A stretch of 64,000 nucleotides of DNA, from contig OZ059899.1 of assembly GCA_964057225.1 (NCBI GenBank), positions 16,430,001 through 16,494,000 on the forward strand, read 5' to 3'. This stretch comes from Auanema rhodensis (Eukaryota; Animalia; Nematoda). The notes under the pieces are model-generated. The model ran no database searches and had not been told where the DNA came from. It saw only the letters and a program-made list of their open reading frames with translations. The stretch's first letter is position 1. Each line of letters starts with the position of its first letter. Position numbers and translations under genes: made by a program. Below, piece after piece: positions 60,001 through 64,000 of this stretch.

Positions 60001-63000
60001 CTGAATACCCAAGTTGTAACTATTTGTGTCCGGTTATAGTTGATAATATTGGAGAAACATTGACAATCACCGAACACAACGTGCCTGCAGCCTGAACTTT
60101 TTTGTGAACAAATCTTGTGGATGGGGTTGATATAAACCTTTTTTCCGGAAAACCGAGAAGTCACAGCCAAATCACACCAAGTAATTCAGATTCTACACAT
60201 CTGAATACCCAAGTTGTAACTATTTGTGTCCGGTTATAGTTGATAATATTGGAGAAACATTGACAATCACCGAACACAACGTGCCTACAGCCTGAACTTT
60301 TTTGTGAACAAATCTTGTGGATGGGGTTGATATAAACCTTTTTTCCGGAAAACTGAGAAGTCACGGCCGAATCTTACTCGGAATATCAGATTCTACACAT
60401 CTGAATACCCAAGTTGTAACTATTTTTGTTTGATTATAGTTGATAATATTGGAGAAACATTGACAATCACCGAACACAACGTGCCTGCAGCCTGAACTTT
60501 TTTGTGAACAAATCTTGTGGATGGGGTTGATATAAACCTTTTTTCCGGAAAACCGAGAAGTCACAGCCAAATCACACCAAGTAATTCAGATTCTACACAT
60601 CTGAATACCCAAGTTGTAACTATTTGTGTCCGGTTATAGTTGATAATATTGGAGAAACATTGACAATCACCGAACACAACGTGCCTACAGCCTGAACTTT
60701 TTTGTGAACAAATCTTGTGGATGGGGTTGATATAAACCTTTTTTCCGGAAAACCGAGAAGTCACAGCCAAATCACACCAAGTAATTCAGATTCTACACAT
60801 CTGAATACCCAAGTTGTAACTATTTGTGTCCGGTTATAGTTGATAATATTGGAGAAACATTGACAATCACCGAACACAACGTGCCTGCAGCCTGAACTTT
60901 TTTGTGAACAAATCTTGTGGATGGGGTTGATATAAACCTTTTTTCCGGAAAACCGAGAAGTCACAGCCAAATCACACCAAGTAATTCAGATTCTACACAT
61001 CTGAATACCCAAGTTGTAACTATTTGTGTCCGGTTATAGTTGATAATATTGGAGAAACATTGACAATCACCGAACACAACGTGCCTACAGCCTGAACTTT
61101 TTTGTGAACAAATCTTGTGGATGGGGTTGATATAAACCTTTTTTCCGGAAAACCGAGAAGTCACAGCCAAATCACACCAAGTAATTCAGATTCTACACAT
61201 CTGAATACCCAAGTTGTAACTATTTGTGTCCGGTTATAGTTGATAATATTGGAGAAACATTGACAATCACCGAACACAACGTGCCTGCAGCCTGAACTTT
61301 TTTGTGAACAAATCTTGTGGATGGGGTTGATATAAACCTTTTTTCCGGAAAACTGAGAAGTCACGGCCGAATCTTACTCGGAATATCAGATTCTACACAT
61401 CTGAATACCCAAGTTGTAACTATTTTTGTTTGATTATAGTTGATAATATTGGAGAAACATTGACAATCACCGAACACAACGTGCCTACAGCCTGAACTTT
61501 TTTGTGAACAAATCTTGTGGATGGGGTTGATATAAACCTTTTTTCCGGAAAACCGAGAAGTCACAGCCAAATCACACCAAGTAATTCAGATTCTACACAT
61601 CTGAATACCCAAGTTGTAACTATTTGTGTCCGGTTATAGTTGATAATATTGGAGAAACATTGACAATCACCGAACACAACGTGCCTGCAGCCTGAACTTT
61701 TTTGTGAACAAATCTTGTGGATGGGGTTGATATAAACCTTTTTTCCGGAAAACCGAGAAGTCACAGTCAAATCACACCAAGTAATTCAGATTCTACACAT
61801 CTGAATACCCAAGTTGTAACTATTTGTGTCCGGTTATAGTTGATAATATTGGAGAAACATTGACAATCACCGAACACAACGTGCCTGCAGCCTGAACTTT
61901 TTTGTGAACAAATCTTGTGGATGGGGTTGATATAAACCTTTTTTCCGGAAAACTGAGAAGTCACGGCCGAATCTTACTCGGAATATCAGATTCTACACAT
62001 CTGAATACCCAAGTTGTAACTATTTGTGTCCGGTTATAGTTGATAATATTGGAGAAACATCGACAATCACCGAACACAACGTGCCTACAGCCTGAACTTT
62101 TTTGTGAACAAATCTTGTGGATGGGGTTGATATAAACCTTTTTTCCGGAAAACTGAGAAGTCACGGCCGAATCTTACTCGGAATATCAGATTCTACACAT
62201 CTGAATACCCAAGTTGTAACTATTTTTGTTTGATTATAGTTGATAATATTGGAGAAACATTGACAATCACCGAACACAACGTGCCTACAGCCTGAACTTT
62301 TTTGTGAACAAATCTTGTGGATGGGGTTGATATAAACCTTTTTTCCGGAAAACTGAGAAGTCACGGCCGAATCTTACTCGGAATATCAGATTCTACACAT
62401 CTGAATACCCAAGTTGTAACTATTTTTGTTTGATTATAGTTGATAATATTGGAGAAACATTGACAATCACCGAACACAACGTGCCTACAGCCTGAACTTT
62501 TTTGTGAACAAATCTTGTGGATGGGGTTGATATAAACCTTTTTTCCGGAAAACTGAGAAGTCACAGCCAAATCACACCAAGTAATTCAGATTTTACACAT
62601 CTGAATACCCAAGTTGTAACTATTTTTGTTTGATTATAGTTGATAATATTGGAGAAACATTGACAATCACCGGACACAACGTGCCTACAGCCTGAACTTT
62701 TTTGTGAACAAATCTTGTGGATGGGGTTGATATAAACCTTTTTTCCGGAAAACTGAGAAGTCACAGCCAAATCACACCAAGTAATTCAGATTCTACACAT
62801 CTGAATACCCAAGTTGTAACTATTTTTGTTTGATTATAGTTGATAATATTGGAGAAACATTGACAATCACCGGACACAACGTGCCTACAGCCTGAACTTT
62901 TTTGTGAACAAATCTTGTGGATGGGGTTGATATAAACCTTTTTTCCGGAAAACTGAGAAGTCACAGCCAAATCACACCAAGTAATTCAGATTCTACACAT

Positions 63001-64000
63001 CTGAATACCCAAGTTGTAACTATTTTTGTTTGATTATAGTTGATAATATTGGAGAAACATTGACAATCACCGGACACAACGTGCCTACAGCCTGAACTTT
63101 TTTGTGAACAAATCTTGTGGATGGGGTTGATATAAACCTTTTTTCCGGAAAACTGAGAAGTCACAGCCAAATCACACCAAGTAATTCAGATTCTACACAT
63201 CTGAATACCCAAGTTGTAACTATTTTTGTTTGATTATAGTTGATAATATTGGAGAAACATTGACAATCACCGGACACAACGTGCCTACAGCCTGAACTTT
63301 TTTGTGAACAAATCTTGTGGATGGGGTTGATATAAACCTTTTTTCCGGAAAACTGAGAAGTCACAGCCAAATCACAACCAAGTAATTCAGATTCTACACA
63401 TCTGAATACCCAAGTTGTAACTATTTTTGTTTGATTATAGTTGATAATATTGGAGAAACATTGACAATCACCGGACACAACGTGCCTACAGCCTGAACTT
63501 TTTTGTGAACAAATCTTGTGGATGGGGTTGATATAATCCTTTTTTCCGGAAAACTGAGAAGTCACAGCCAAATCACACCAAGTAATTCAGATTCTACACA
63601 TCTGAATACCCAAGTTGTAACTATTTGTGTCCGGTTATAGTTGATAATATTGGAGAAACATTGACAATCACCGAACACAACGTGCCTACAGCCTGAACTT
63701 TTTTGTGAACAAATCTTGTGGATGGGGTTGATATAAACCTTTTTTCCGGAAAACTGAGAAGTCACAGCCAAATCACACCAAGTAATTCAGATTCTACACA
63801 TCTGAATACCCAAGTTGTAACTATTTTTGTTTGATTATAGTTGATAATATTGGAGAAACATTGACAATCACCGAACACAACGTGCCTACAGCCTGAACTT
63901 TTTTGTGAACAAATCTTGTGGATGGGGTTGATATAAACCTTTTTTCCGGAAAACTGAGAAGTCACGGCCGAATCTTACTCGGAATATCAGATTCTACACA
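18004..64000. repeat. Satellite DNA array: ~230 head-to-tail 200-bp monomers, continuing beyond the window
   Basis: Exact 200-bp periodicity with occasional 201-bp units. Two subtypes differ in a ~23-bp box: A = ACAGCCAAATCACACCAAGTAAT, B = ACGGCCGAATCTTACTCGGAATA. No insertions or strand switches were seen. Confidence 0.99.
50750..52960. repeat. Sub-block of 11 consecutive 201-bp satellite monomers (extra A: TCACAACCAAG)
   Basis: TCACAACCAA occurs at 50761, 50962, 51163 ... 52771 with 201-bp spacing, plus one isolated copy near 63372. Confidence 0.95.

Noticed and set aside
17938-63965. Hundreds of 67-69 aa minus-strand ORFs as a tandem gene family
   Set aside because: They are the same frame of the 200-bp satellite, with non-ATG starts, overlapping ends, no introns or promoters, and are freely broken by stops and frameshifts in many monomers.
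18004-64000. CRISPR-like array (constant repeat with variable ~23-bp box)
   Set aside because: The variable box has essentially two recurring alleles rather than unique spacers, the context is eukaryotic, and there are no cas genes.

Overview
AT-rich eukaryotic DNA, almost certainly from a nematode: introns of about 40-60 nt with TTTCAG/TTTTAG acceptors, plus cuticle collagen, patched-related and MEC-6/POML genes. The first ~13.8 kb is gene-dense. In order it holds the 3' part of a patched-related gene (+), a cuticle collagen (+), diphthine-ammonia ligase DPH6 (-), akirin (-), two convergent paraoxonase-like (POML / MEC-6-like) genes, and a C2H2 zinc-finger gene (+). About 13.8-15.7 kb is degenerate sequence that includes a frameshifted zinc-knuckle remnant. 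From ~18,004 to the window end lies an uninterrupted array of ~230 head-to-tail 200-bp satellite monomers, with two subtypes (A/B) and many short-lived higher-order repeats; the hundreds of 67-69 aa ORFs and the 804 aa ORF there are artefacts of the repeat. The most interesting part is the 2.3-kb junction (15.7-18.0 kb). A diverged, inverted solo satellite monomer and a 34-bp inverted repeat bracket a GC-richer cassette. The cassette starts with a correctly spaced TATA + initiator and contains three 213-bp units and three 342-bp units, each folding on the + strand into long G-U-containing hairpins, separated by 25-bp minisatellite units complementary to the 3' arm of one hairpin. It looks like a candidate polycistronic small-RNA / structured-RNA locus at a satellite boundary. 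All gene models and folds were read by eye; exon boundaries and family assignments need alignment and RNA data.
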